Of a DNA stretch of 64,000 nt, positions 14,264 to 28,644 are shown in pieces (the stretch's first letter is position 1; each line of letters begins with the position of its first letter). Made by a program: the position numbers and the translations under genes. The DNA lies in NCBI RefSeq assembly GCF_001194135.2, contig NC_068989.1:37878954-37942953 (forward strand), read 5' to 3'. This DNA is from Octopus bimaculoides. Lineage: Eukaryota. A model generated the notes under the pieces. It saw only the letters and a list, made by a program, of their open reading frames with translations, had not been told where the DNA came from and did no database searches.

Positions 14264-15639
14264 TAAGCTTCTGCACATTTTCTGTCTACCTTATTCCACT
14301 CGCAATGCATTAATCAACTCATGGCTATAGAAGACACTTGCCTAATGTTTTGATCATTGAATGCTATATTTAGAGTTGGCAAAACTTTTTCCTGAAAGTA
14401 AGAAGCTATTATTAGATAATTATATTCAGTTAGCTGTAGCTTCATGAAAATAAAGTGTGAATGTGAATGGAGTTTTAAGTTAGGCATAAAAGTAATGATT
14501 AAAGCTGGGTCAGGTGACACTAGAGAGTTACACTCAGTTCTGCCTAAATGGTTAGAGATATTGATGTACAAAGAGTCAAATGCTTGCAAACACCTAGTCT
14601 GAAGTGGCCTTTGAACTAGATTTGGATGCATGGAAGAACATTATGAAGTATTCATGTGTCTACTGCAAAATGTATAGATTTAATAACTTTAGAGCTAGTT
14701 TCATTTGTTGAAATCAGCATTACCATTGGGATTTTCATGAGTGATCTTTGCTGACCTTCAATTTTCTCATCTTCCTTGATGCAGGACAAACACAGGACAG
14801 CAATTTCCATGCAAATTTGGACAAAGATTAACTATGTGTGTATGGATCAGTTTACATGCATGTACATACATATAGTGTCACATGTATGTTAGTGCCACAT
14901 ACATATGTTTGTATGTATGTGTGGTATGCATGAATTATTTGTGTGTGTGTGTATGCATATACACATATTCATATGTGTGTGTGTGTGTGTATGATAGATA
15001 CACATATTCATATGTGTGTGTGTGTGCATATATGTTTATATATGTGTATATATGTATATCTGTCTATAAATCTATTGTTTATACTCAGTTGTAATATAAA
15101 CAATTTTACACTAATCTGCAGGGCTACTCTATACTTTTGTTGAGTACAAATTCATTATTTTTAGACAAGGATATTATTGACAGTGACTTCGAAGTTTTGG
15201 CCAGCTAGCCTTACTACCTATTTTGAACACTTTCATGTAAACTGTTTAAACAAAAAGCCCCACTTAACATTTTCTTATCATTGTCAAAGATTCTATTTTT
15301 TAACATTCTCTTATCATTATCAAAGACTGTATAACTGTATTTTAATACAATTGTGGTAACTATTTTTTAACACAACAAAGCTTATACAAAGCTTTACATT
15401 TTATTTTTGATAATGTTTTTTTTTTTAAAGTGAAACCGGTCAAGTCAATAAACATCTCTAAAAGACCTCTACCTTTTCAAACCCTCTTTCCTATATACAT
15501 ACATACATACATACATACATATAGCCGATCTTAGGTTGTTAGGGCTCATGAAAGAAATGACAATGGACCAAGATGTTTGGTAATATGAGGTTCTAAAGAA
15601 GACCTACCCATGTCAGCAAAACTGAGTGCTACAGGCATT

Positions 15640-16319
<680 letters not shown>

Positions 16320-16682
16320 NNNNNNNNNNNNNNNNNNNNNNNNNNNNNNNNNNNNNNNNNNNNNNNNNNNNNNNNNNNNNNNNNNNNNNNNNNNNNNNNN
16401 NNNNNNNNNNNNNNNNNNNNNNNNNNNNNNNNNNNNNNNNNNNNNNNNNNNNNNNNNNNNNNNNNNNNNNNNNNNNNNNNNNNNNNNNNNNNNNNNNNNN
16501 NNNNNNNNNNNNNNNNNNNNNNNNNNNNNNNNNNNNNNNNNNNNNNNNNNNNNNNNNNNNNNNNNNNNNNNNNNNNNNNNNNNNNNNNNNNNNNNNNNNN
16601 NNNNNNNNNNNNNNNNNNNNNNNNNNNNNNNNNNNNNNNNNNNNNNNNNNNNNNNNNNNNNNNNNNNNNNNNNNNNNNNNNN
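16320..16682. other. Assembly gap flanked by (CA)n and (TA)n
   Basis: Direct reading. Confidence 1.
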
Positions 16683-16727
<45 letters not shown>

Positions 16728-16841
16728 AACACATTTGTGTATTTATATATATATGTATGTATATACATATACACACATCCATCCATCCATTTATCCATTC
16801 ATCCATCAATCTATCTATCTATCTATATATATATATATATA

Positions 16842-17733
16842 CAGGGTGTGGTGAATAAACTGTCATCTAAATTACGCTAAAATGAAAATAATACTGACAT
16901 CTCATTTTAACAGATATATCTACCGAAATTACATAAAAATATTTTGAAATACTAAAGAATAAATTTATTCCATAAAATTGGCATCAGCTTCAACCATGGT
17001 TCCAGGTGACTTCGGAATCTCCCGCAACTCTACTGGATGACCTCCTTGTTTAAGCTGGTGAATGCTGCCGTATTCCTTGCCTTCTTCAGTTCATCTTTGG
17101 TTTTACAAAGAGTTTTGTTGGTCTTTCACTCAACTGCACCCCACACATAATAATTAAGTGAGTTGCAATCTGGGGAGTTAGGTGGCTAGATGTTAGGGGT
17201 GATGTGGTCGAGGAAATTGTCTGACATCCATAACTAGGTACTCCTGCTTGTGTGGTGTGGTGCAGAGTCCTGTTGCCAGACATAGGGTCTTCCAGCAACC
17301 ACCCTCTTGACCCAGAGCAGCACTACCTCCTCAAGGCACTTGATGTAGGCTTCCATGTTGAGTCTGAGGCCATGTGGGAAGATGAAGGGAGGCATAATGT
17401 CGGCATCACTATTGATCACTCCAAACACCATGTTGTTGACTGGATGTTATTTTTATCACTCTTGGTACATGTCCTTAGATTGCACTGTCCTCAGATAGAC
17501 ACCTAAACACTCTGAAATGTTCGTATTGGAGCCTCTGGTGGGAATGCAAAGCAGTACAGCATGTCGTTTCCAAATTTCTGACAGAGTAAATTGCATCATG
17601 ATGCTGTTTTTCTCACAGACAGTGCCTAACTGAACCTACTATACTGCGTAGTTGACAAAATCATCAAAAACAAACAATGTGAATGCATGAAATTAAAAGT
17701 ATAAAATGGTGACAATTTACTCATTACACCCTG
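16842..17733 (-). mobile_element. Tc1/mariner superfamily, DD37D (maT-type), internally deleted non-autonomous copy
   Basis: Imperfect TIRs cagggtgtggtgaataaactgtca and (rc) cagggtgtaatgagtaaattgtca, flanked by TA; minus translation MVFGVINSDADIMPPFIFPHGLRL...WQQDSAPHHTSRST*LWMSDNFLDHITPNI*PPNSPDCNSLNYYVWG has 37 residues between the second Asp and the position of the third (now Asn). Confidence 0.9.
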
Positions 17734-18965
17734 TATATATATATATATATATAAACGCATACATTTATCTATCTGTATATATATATACATATATATAAAT
17801 CTTTGTAATTCTTATTAACAAATGAAACATGCATAATAGTGAATAAATAATATCAAAAGATTATATAACTTTGCAAAGAATATTTCCAGAATCTTCAACT
17901 CTACTATGTACCTCACATAAATGCAACAGTGACAGCATCTACATACTGGATTGTACTATTGGAATAAGCAGACGTGTTTCAAGGACACAGCTTGGATTTT
18001 ATCTTACCTACATAACATAGTGGCGTGCGGTGACTTCCGGGGTTGGGCATGCAATGAATTTCTACCCCCCCCCACCCCCGGCAATTTTTCAGTAAAAGAA
18101 TTTTCATATTCCTACGATTTACATATGGGAGATTCTGAATATGCAATCACCCCCGTATGACCTAGAATAAGCAGGGAATAAAAAATGGCTCTGTAAAGAT
18201 GAGCCTGAAATAAGTGTATTGTTTGTATTTTTCTCTCTCTTCGAAACGTCAGTACTTTCCCATCCTCACTCACCCTTAAAAATGTCTAAAAATCATAAGT
18301 GAAATGGAATTAAGATGAAATTGGATTCTGTTAATATTTTTGCATATTCGGAATCTCTGTTAAAGGTAGGAATCCGAAAAAAAATTTTCACAAAATTTCG
18401 TTTTTCAAAGGGATGCGATTCTGCATTAGCCCCTATACCTATTGGTTCAGCTGAATTAATTTGAAATGATTCAATAAAGAGAACACATTTAGTTACATTA
18501 TATGGCCATGGTTTAGATAGTTACGCTCTCGAAGACAAGTCAGGTGCTTTATCATGCTACTTGTCAATTCCGGGAAAATTATTGATACTCAAGCAGACTG
18601 TTCTGAGACTTACTAAACTCCGTATATTAAAAGACTACGTCTCACGCACACACATTAAAAATACACACATATACATGAATACACACATATACATGAATAC
18701 ACACACAATGAAAGACAGCGAAAATTCAACATTTTAAAAAGCCCCCCCCCAAAAAAAACTGTCGTGGCAGAAGTCAACATCTCTGAGATTGAAACAAGAC
18801 ACTTATTTACGGCCGTAAATAGACTACACCCAGCAGCACAGAAAGGAAAACCTATGTAGGTGAGGTGTGACGAAGAAGTCGAACCATTTCTCCTGTGAAA
18901 CAATACTGATATAAAAAGGTCGAACCTTACGTTAAAATGTTATTTACCTAATTTCTAAATTAATT

Positions 18966-18975
18966 NNNNNNNNNN
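18966..18975. other. Assembly gap (10 N)
   Basis: Direct reading. Confidence 1.
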
Positions 18976-19287
18976 CATGAATACACACACAATGAAAGAC
19001 AGTGAAAATTCAACATTATAAAAAAAAAACCAAAACTGTTGTGGCAGAAGTCAACATCTCTGAGATTGAAACAAGACATTTACGGCCGTAAATAGACTAC
19101 ACCCAGCAGCACAGAAAGGAAAACCTATGTAGGTTAGGCGTGACGAAGAAGTCGAACCACTTCTCCTGCCAAACAATACTGATGTAAGATGGTCGAACCT
19201 TACATTATAACTAACACTAACCAAAACCTGTAATATATGCCCTTTAATATATTAAATTTTTTTCAAGGTTCTAAAATGTTATTTACC

Positions 19288-19800
19288 TCATTTATACATT
19301 AATTCAATTCTTCGATCTTCCTGGGCAAATATATCTATCACATTTTCATAGAAATCTTCTCTTTTCATCAATTGTTGTAATAAATCTTTTTCAATTGACA
19401 TTAGTGCTAACCCAGACAGTCTTCTTTCTCCTGTCGCATTTCTTTGGTATGCTTTGATTCTACTTAATGCAGAAAAGGAACGCTCTACAGAAGCAGTGGT
19501 AGACGGAATTGTCAAAATCAACTTGCACAGATTGAAGAGTTCTGGCATAGCCTCAACAAGGTCACTGCTGTAAATGTAACTCATTAAATGACTTAAACTT
19601 CGCTTTTTAAAATCTTTCATTGAATACATGACATTGAGCTCACTTTGTAATTGTATTACATCAAAAAATCTGCCAGAAGTCATTTTTGAAGAATCTATAG
19701 AGTCCACAGGAAATTATTTGCAATACTCGTCTACTTTGTCGAAATTCAAAAGTTCCATGAATTTAAACTCTTCTAAGGATGAATATCGTGCTTTTATTGA
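19288..19800 (-). pseudogene. hAT transposase C-terminal dimerisation domain, disrupted
   Basis: LFNLCKLILTIPSTTASVERSFSALSRIKAYQRNATGERRLSGLALMSIEK is the typical hATC motif; upstream in frame ARYSSLEEFKFMELLNFDKVDEYCK* has a premature stop. Confidence 0.85.
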
Positions 19801-20852
19801 TAATTTTGTTATAAAGCATTCTAATAATGTCGTTGGGGCTCAATAGATATATTTTTGGATCTCTGAATTCCGATTCCTGCATCGACTCCATATTTTCCCC
19901 CTAACATATCGTAAAAGATTGAAAAATTATCAAGCTTTGAAAAAGGCTACTTTTATATAAGAACACGTAAATTGTCTGAGTAAATTTTAAGTCAATTTCA
20001 ACAAAACGGAAAAAATAACGTTAGTCAAATTAATTTAAGATTAATTAGCTATAATATAGATAATATCTTTTTTTCAGAACACTCCAAAATTATAATAGTG
20101 CAAACAGATGTTTTGGATAAAAAAAAATTCAAACTTAACGCCAGGTCATTCTACCATTTCAGATGGGTAACTCAGGGATTATGGGATTCCTTTTGTTCCG
20201 GTCAGAAAGTGGAACAAGGTTAGCAACGATTCTACACTAACAAAAAGACAGAGAGAGGGGTGTCACGTGGTCTTCTCAAAGCAGACGAACGAGTCAGTGA
20301 GAGAGGGGGAAGGGGAGGCAGAATATTTCGAAAACACCTGGACGGAGTTTCTTTCAAACAAAAGTAACTATTTTATCGAATTTTCCGATGATGTATATAT
20401 ATATACGAAATACTTGCTTGATATTTATTTCTTTTTCTATGCTGGCTTGGGTTAAAAGAGTCGTGATCTAACCTAGTTTTTACTTGGATACACTACCCAA
20501 TTAGATGGGTCACTGGACTATATCTCACTCATATATTTCAGTTTTAAATTGGTTTTTATAAGTAGATGATCCAGCCATCATCAACAAGTAACAAAGTGTG
20601 CTGGGTCCATTTTAACATGGCATAGGGTTGTCATATGTTCAGTATAACTAGAGACTTCTCACTACTTTATCATTTTTTCCATTCATTCAAGGTAACAAGT
20701 CTGAGAGGTGAATAAAAAAGGGAGTGATTACAGAAGAAGAATCAGGGTAGCGATGTATGAAGGCTCTTAGAGTAAAATGTTAAAAACTGAATGACAGGAG
20801 TAAAATGGTGAATTCAGTGGAAGGAATTGTGAAGGATAGAAATAGTTGAAAT

Positions 20853-20960
20853 GAAATGTTTTACCTAAGAACACAATGCATCACCTGGGCTGGGAATCAA
20901 AACTATGATCCTGTGTTTGTGAGCACAATACCCTAACCATTAGGCCACATGCCCTCACAA
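20853..20960 (-). mobile_element. tRNA-derived SINE head (type D)
   Basis: Reverse complement gtgagggcatgtggcctaatggttagggt...ttttgattccc shows A/B-box-like motifs followed by SINE body. Confidence 0.55.
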
Positions 20961-21078
20961 AAGCCCCAAAGTAGTGATGGATTGAAATCTCAGCTTTGAA
21001 TAAATTATCAAACTCTGCTACATGTACTAGATACATTTTGTTGCATTTTGATTAACAAACACAAACAATCATACACAC

Positions 21079-21300
<222 letters not shown>

Positions 21301-24300
21301 ATATGTACACACACATACACATAAATACTAGTTTTATTTATTGACATATACACACCTATGCAAAGAAGATATGGAACATTAAATAATATTAAATAGGAAT
21401 CCTATTTGATTGAACCAGTCTTGGTTGGCATTGATTGACAGTAATATTTTAGAGCTGTGGGAGTAATGCTGCTACAGAGCATTGTAAATCCATATCAGCT
21501 GTCTTGAAATCTATTATATTTGGTCTGCAACTGGAAAAGGTGCCAAGATTTATTGTCTGGAACATATCTATATGGAGCACCTTATCGATACTTACTTGTC
21601 TTTATGTCTCTGTCAATGGGATGGATGTCATCATCATCATCACCATTTTGATAGACATTGTTGTATAAAGAGATTCAGCTTTCTTCACTTCTGTAGTCAC
21701 TTGCCTAGCTAGAAATTGCAGCCGAATTTATGAAATTCTACTCTTTGCTAGCCATCTTAAAAAGTTGGGGTGATATGAAATGATGTAGTTTGAAAAAATT
21801 ATCTCTGAATTAAAGAAGGAGGGTCATATCTGGAATGCCCTTGTTCCTAAGTCTGCTTGACTGTTAATACACCTGGTGGTGCATTAACAACAATCACCAT
21901 TCAAATCATTCCTACAGCCACTCATTTGGGAAACACATTGTCCTGAACCCAGACTATCCAACCTTTTCCCATAATTTGCCAATCTTCCTCTTTCTTCATC
22001 AGAATTTACCACTTTACCACAAAGTCATTCATTAGTTATTTACATTTTATGTTCTTGTAGAATCTGAGTTGGTCATAACTGTACCTACCCTCAGCATTTT
22101 TTATGTTTTTATATACTTTCAGATTTCAATAGCAACTACAGTCATCTCATTTCATATATAACTGATATGGTTTGGGAGATTGTTTACGTCTATTGTAATT
22201 TGACTGCTGAAGTCATTGGTCTTGGAGGGATAGCAAAGGTCATGTTAACAGCCCATTCCTCCTGATCAAAGAATAAAAAAAGAGTTAGGGTTCTGTTTTA
22301 TTGTTTAACTGATAGTATTTTTAAGTGACATATCAGTTTTAGTACATTTTTTTGTTAGTGATAGCATCATTTACATTATTGACTGCCTCAGTTTATCTTG
22401 ATGTTAGCAATGTTTTCCATTCTCAATGCACTATGAAACTAAGAACACAGAGTTAATATAAAAGCCCCCTTAGGACTAAGGAAACTTTTATGCTACATTA
22501 CAAAGTTATTGATTGTAGTGGCAACACCAATATGTTTTTACCTTTTTAATGCTGACAGTGGTTGTGTTATTCATGGTGGTCATAATTCTGTTATTGTTGT
22601 TGGTAATAAAAACATCAGGAATTTTGCTTTATCAAGGTCGTTGTCACTTGGCAAGGTAATATTAAATGCAGCAATAGAGACCATCAATAAATAAATGCAA
22701 TGAACAGATTAATCTCTTAAAATGTCCAATTATCATCATATCAATTAAATTGTCACCTTCACAATCAGCATTACTACTTTTGTAATCTAAATATTTATTG
22801 CAGCAATTAAGATTGGTACCTTAATAATCAGTTTTATCTCATTAATAGCCAATGTTATTGATTTAAAACAATCATCAAGTCTTCCTAATAATTGCCTTTA
22901 TATTTTAAAGTAAACTATTATCATTTTAGAAATCAATATTATCACTCGAACTATCAATTCAAACTTAAAAAGTACAAGTATTATATGAACCAAATTTTGC
23001 TCTTGCCTAAGCAATCGATATGGTTTCTGTTAACATTCAGCATTATTGATTTACTAATCAACATTGCCAAATTAATACTTGCTAACATTCTCTTAGAACA
23101 CAGAATTAAATATTATCAAGTTACCAATATAAACTATCATTTTGAAAGTAGAAACCTCACCTGAAAATCACTATTATTGTACCAGAAATAAGAATTGTTT
23201 TAGAATTCAAAGTCACCAATTTAAAATTTTACTATTTTGTTAGTAATTGATATTAGTTGTTTCAATATAAATATGAAATTCCTTTAGAAATGATAGTATC
23301 ATCTAAATACAGTCAAGCTGACCAGCTTCACTGAATATTACTAGCTCACTAACTTTACTTTCTAAGTATGATTACTTCATGAGAGGAGGAGCAATAAAGT
23401 TCTATGCAGTGGAATTATCCAACTTTTCACAGCATGGAAAATTAATATCAAACTATTGATTCCAGCCATCCATCGATCCATTTATCTATCTATCTATTGA
23501 TCTATCTATCTATTTATCTATCTGTCTGTCTGTCTATGTGTCTGTCTTTTTTTATCTCTCAATAAAACTTCTTGAAGTGTTATCTTCCACAAAATTTGTG
23601 ATCAAGATAGACTTGTAAATAGGAATAAAATCATCATTGAAAAAAAGTAAACTCCATTGGCACATATTGTGTTGTATTCTGTTGTTGATATTATTTAGCT
23701 CCAAACACAGCCTTGATTGAGAAGTCATATGATTTGAAGCATTCCGTCTGTGATGATCCTTACTTTTATTCAGATGTATATTTAGAATCTATTGGTCATA
23801 GGCAACCTTTTTTGAGAAGCAGACTACATAAGACATGGCTCATCATCAGTCAGACTGCACGTAACAAATTCAAGATGATTTTTTTTGTTAGACACACCAT
23901 TCAGAAAGTTCCCATAGGCTACAGTTTGCCCACGACTGTTTAATGAGTCCTTCAATTTTTAAGATGTTAGCATGTGATTTGAGGGAAAATTGTCTGTTAC
24001 TTTTCACAGGTTGAGTTACCCCTTAGAGGCTCCTTTCTAGGTTTGTAAAATTCTGATGTTTAAGGTAAAAACAATTCCGATATTCCAAGCTGACAGATAG
24101 ATGTTAGTCACAAAATTCAGTAAGCCGTTTACATAAGGAAAAACTTAGTCCCAGGTGATGAAATTCAGTGTTGTTGTTATGACAGTATTGAGTTCTGTAT
24201 AACAATTGACAAATATCATTTTCAAAATGTATTCTTCTTTTGAGATAAGTTAATGGGAAACAAAGGAGCTTGAGAGACTATGTCCTTCATAGATATATCT

Positions 24301-24807
24301 ATTTGATAAAGCTAAAAATAACATAGTAGGAAATGTATGTATATCCATGGCTTCCCTTAGAATTGCAGAATCACTGAGAAAGTTTGATGTTCATTTAAAC
24401 CCAGAATATCCATTATAACTGGCTGACGTCTGCATAAGTTTGTCTACAGCATTTTCATATTTGTTTATATGTCAGTATATAGAATGTTCTCTTTACTTTT
24501 ATTTGAAGTCTTCCTGTAAGAAAGGAACTTGTTTCTCACAAAGATAGAAAGCATCACCCTTGGAATGTATGTATGTATGTATGTATGTATGTATGTATGT
24601 GTGCGCACGCACGTGTGTATGTGTGTGTGTGTGCGTATTCCTGGTAAAAGCTTAGAGAGCAACTATCTCTGCTGGGAACAAAAGGCTTCTCTCTCAGAGT
24701 GAAGAGTTGATTGTTGGATTGTACTAAGGACAGTACCAGTGAATCAAGCAACTTGAATGTAGAGAATTTGTTATGACTAGAAAAAATGTGAGATGTATAA
24801 TATTGAT

Positions 24808-25010
24808 TTCAAATTTTGGCACAAGGCCAGTACTTTTGGGGAAGGGACTTAGTCAATTAAATCAACCCAGTGTTTAACTTGTACTTTTATTGACTTCAGA
24901 AGAATGAAAGGCAAAGTTGACCTCAGTAGAATTTGAACTTAGAATGTAAAGATGGATAAAATGCTGCTAAGCATTTTTCCCAGCGTACTAATTATTCTAC
25001 CAGCTCACTG
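24808..25010 (-). mobile_element. SINE type A
   Basis: ttcaaattttggcacaaggccag...gaatgaaaggcaaagttgacctcagtagaatttgaacttagaatg. Confidence 0.7.
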
Positions 25011-25064
25011 CCTCCGAGATATATAATATTAGTATGCATGAATAACAAATGAGCTGAGAGAAAA

Positions 25065-25340
25065 CCTCAACTTAAGAGAAATCAGATGTGTGCAATGGAA
25101 AAGCCACCTGGTATGAGCATGTCATGTGTATGGAGGAGAACAGCTATATAAGGAACCCTTCAAAGTGAATAGAACCTGTGGAAGAGGAAGATTGAAGAAA
25201 GAATACTGAAGACTGATCAGAAGATGTTGCATCTTGTGAAAAAGATGGCAAAAGGACTGTGTGAATTGGTGACATACTGTGTGGGAAAAACTCATCCTTC
25301 CATGCAAGCATGGAGAGCTTAACATTAAAATTGGTACAGA
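25065..25340 (+). mobile_element. RTE LINE ORF C-terminal fragment
   Basis: Decayed translation (with frameshifts) LNLREIR..WYEHVMCMEENSY..KVNRTCGRGR resembles RTE LRWYGHVMRM...EGTCGRGRP. Confidence 0.6.
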
Positions 25341-25427
25341 TGGAGGCTAGGAGGTGTAACATATATCATCCTTATCATCATCATTTAACCTCCATGTTTC
25401 ATGCTGACGTGGGTTAGATTGAACTTT

Positions 25428-25840
25428 TAAACCCAAACCAAATGATAAAGGAGATCTACTGTGAGCAGCTTGAGTGGCTATATCAGCGCTAGAAGAAAAA
25501 CAACCATCTTTGGTTTCAAGATGAAAGGTATTCTTCCATCAGGATAATGCTCAGCCACAGACAACAAGGATGGCATTCCAAAGGCTGGAGCAGTTTGAAT
25601 GGGAAACGATGCCCCACCCACCATATTCACCAGGCATTGCCTCATCTGATTATCATTTATTCTGCAGTCTTCAAATTCGTTTGGATGGAAAAATATAAAT
25701 TCTGTAGACGAGGTCAGAACAATATTGGAGGAGTACTTTTCATGATGGACAAGTGAATTTTGGAAGAGGGGTCTTGCAAGTCTACCAGATAGATAGAAGA
25801 GCATTGTGGAAAATGAAGGAGAGTATATATCAGATTAAAA
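25428..25840 (+). mobile_element. mariner (DD34D) transposase C-terminal relic
   Basis: LEEKQPSLVSR*KVFFHQDNAQPQTTRMAFQRLEQFEWETMPHPPYSPGIASSDYHLF...IVENEGEYISD*; 34 residues between the DNA and SDY aspartates. Confidence 0.85.
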
Positions 25841-26008
25841 AAAAAGAACTTTGTTTATCTTAATTTTGAAAACCAAAAGCAGTATAAAAAAAACAAAATA
25901 TTCACACACATATACACACACATACAAATATATATGTGTGCATGTGTATAAATGCATACATATAATATATGGATATATCCATATATATACATTATATATA
26001 TATATAAA

Positions 26009-26042
<34 letters not shown>

Positions 26043-26052
26043 NNNNNNNNNN
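26043..26052. other. Assembly gap inside (TA)n
   Basis: Direct reading. Confidence 1.
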
Positions 26053-26098
<46 letters not shown>

Positions 26099-26699
26099 AC
26101 TTGTTGAATATCTGTTATATGTCTCAATTATGGAAATGAGAAAATTATGCTCCCTACGAAGCTGAATATTATAAACATAAATGTATTGAGATATCAAAAA
26201 CAGATTCAGTCTCCCACAAAGCTATTTATACTCAGCTGATATTATAATATAAATTCCAAACAATGTGCATTTCTAATTCTCTAGCTGTTTGTGGAAACAT
26301 TTTCCATCACAGCATAGACAGTCACTTGCAGGTTTTTCATAATTATTTGCACACACACACACACACCCATGCAATTACGTGCTTATGCAGGAAAATATTA
26401 ATATGCACACATACTGACTTTTGAATATATTTAGTATTAGATGAGTAAACAATTCAGTTAGAGACTTATGTAAGCTGGCAAGTGGAAATAGATACGTGTG
26501 AAACATGGAAGACAAGCTTGCACATACAATTATGAAGCATGCACACATATGCACTCACATACACAAACATTTGCATACATAAATCTATATCTAAGCATGT
26601 TGAGATTAAGGCACAAACTTAAAATATAAGTGCATACGTATATACAAACTGTAGCTTTTAGTCTAGAGACATGCTGTCTCCTTGTTTCTTTCACCATTA

Positions 26700-26920
26700 A
26701 AACAATGACTTTTGGCTCTATACCATCTCTTGACTCATTTGTGTCTCCCTCACTTAACATCTATATTTCACACAAATCCTAGGCCCTTCACAAACTAATA
26801 CATCCTGTCCTTCCTTTTTGGAATGTCATCCTGCTGGAACTTATTTGCAGCACATTTTTTCCCTTCAACTGTCAATTTGAAATTGCCCTAGAGGAACTTT
26901 AATCGTGTTTGATCTATTAG
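26700..26920 (+). mobile_element. CR1/L2-like LINE 3' fragment
   Basis: Decayed YILSF....WNL...FP..VNL motif similar to CR1 SFFPRT..LWNSLP...FP. Confidence 0.45.
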
Positions 26921-27370
26921 TCACAAAGAAGTGGAACATTAGTTCATGTCACTCTGCAAACAAGGCTTTGCTCTGTGCATTCATCCACCTGAACACACAA
27001 AGCTACACATAGACACAAATGATTTGCTCAGGTTAAGGACAAAGAGTGTACAAATGCAAAGTTAGATAGCGAGCTACATACATAGATAATGCATATTTAC
27101 TATAAAACATTTATTTAAAAAAAAAAAATGAAGGAAGAAAAAAATGAAAGACAGACACGTAGAAAGATAGATTGATAGACAGATTGGCTGATGCTTTTCT
27201 TACCTCTTCCTCTCACTTAAAATTACTTATCAACTTGGTTTGCCTCACAACTGTTTCATTTCATTGATAAATTCTGATTCCTTCACTTGTAAAAGCTAAG
27301 CTAACTCTATTTATTCAATCTTTTGTTTCTGTCTGTTTATCTGTCTCTTTATATGAGCTTGCGCACGCAT

Positions 27371-27419
<49 letters not shown>

Positions 27420-28644
27420 TATATTGGTAATGTTGATTTGACTAGGACTTCAGCATTTCCTTTTATCTTGTTTCAGTCATTAGACTGCAGCCATGCTGGG
27501 ATACCACCTTGAAGTAATTTGGGTCAGATTTATCAACCCTAGTACTTATTTTCCTTTTTTAGCCTAGTAATTAGGTGGGGGACAAACAAGGATGCATGCA
27601 AGTGCATGCCCCCCCCCACACACACACACAGACACATATTTGATGGGCATCTTTCAGTTTCAGTCTACCAAACCTACTCATTAGGCTCTGGTTGGCCCAC
27701 CATCATTAAATGTTTCCTTTCCTGAAGCTGATCAACAATACAATATGCATACATACGTATGTACATATGTACATACATGTGTTGTGTGTGTGTGTGTGTA
27801 TGTGTGTGTGGAGGGAGAAAGAGGGAAATATCAACACTGAGCTAAGGGAAATTACTGAAATAAGTCAATGGCTTGGTTTAAAAGTAACTGAAATGTTGGA
27901 AATACACTACAAATTCTTATGAAATAAGATGTCCCTTTTAGTTGGAAAATGAAAACAAAATGCTAGTGGCAATCATCAGCAGCTCACAAAGAAAATAATA
28001 GAAAATTTTAAGAAATTAAGTATCAATTTAAAAAATCTAATTCTCATACTTAAAGAAAAATTTGACACAAATTATTTAGTTACCAGGTCATCTGAGAGAG
28101 TAATTTGCAGAAAGGTGCCAAGCTGACTGGATATCTGGTGAAGCAGTAAGGATATATATTCAGATGGTTTTAATAATATATTATGTTTTTGTACTAAATC
28201 TACTTCACCCTTTTAAGCCTCATCTGTTATGATTTAAACATGCTTGTTTTGAGATATGAGTTGAAATTTTCGTGTAGGTCTCGAGTCACTTACCAAAATA
28301 CATTTCTTTTCTTGTCTTTTGTTAATTACACTGGTCAAGAAAATGAAACTTTTTTTAATCATCAGAGTTGCTGATTGACTTTTCTAGGTTAATTTATGAT
28401 GTTGATTACTAATCTGAAGTCTGATTTCCTCTATCAGGTCACATTTAGATGTTAATGATACCTGCTGTTTTAATTTATAGGATATGTAAAGCATATCTAT
28501 ATAAAGTATATTGAATACAGGATACAATAATTTCATGGCTTTTTATTGTACAAAATTAAAATTATTGTGTACAAATAAGTTAGAATACACTCAAATGCAT
28601 TATAACTTAAAATCTTTGGGATTTGGACTTTCTATGGTATTTTG

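Larger units (their letters stand above)
18018..20250 (-). mobile_element. hAT DNA transposon relic (3' terminus plus transposase C-terminus)
   Basis: Terminus tagtggcgtgcggtgac at 18018; transposase remnant at 19288-19800; CpG-rich relative to flanks; opposite TIR not found, so the right boundary is approximate. Confidence 0.75.

Noticed and set aside
14314-14840. Possible two-exon minus-strand piece (LIFVQICMEIAV...KIPM / EKVLPTLNIAF...)
   Set aside because: Phases fit but the first acceptor is poor and there is no homology; chance level for AT-rich DNA
19288-19707. Domesticated ZMYM/ZBED-like host gene
   Set aside because: In-frame stop immediately upstream, most of the transposase missing, and a TE terminus nearby
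22500-23300. Long AAT/GAT-biased stretch that looks coding on the minus strand
   Set aside because: Frequent stops in all frames; consistent with decayed trinucleotide low-complexity sequence
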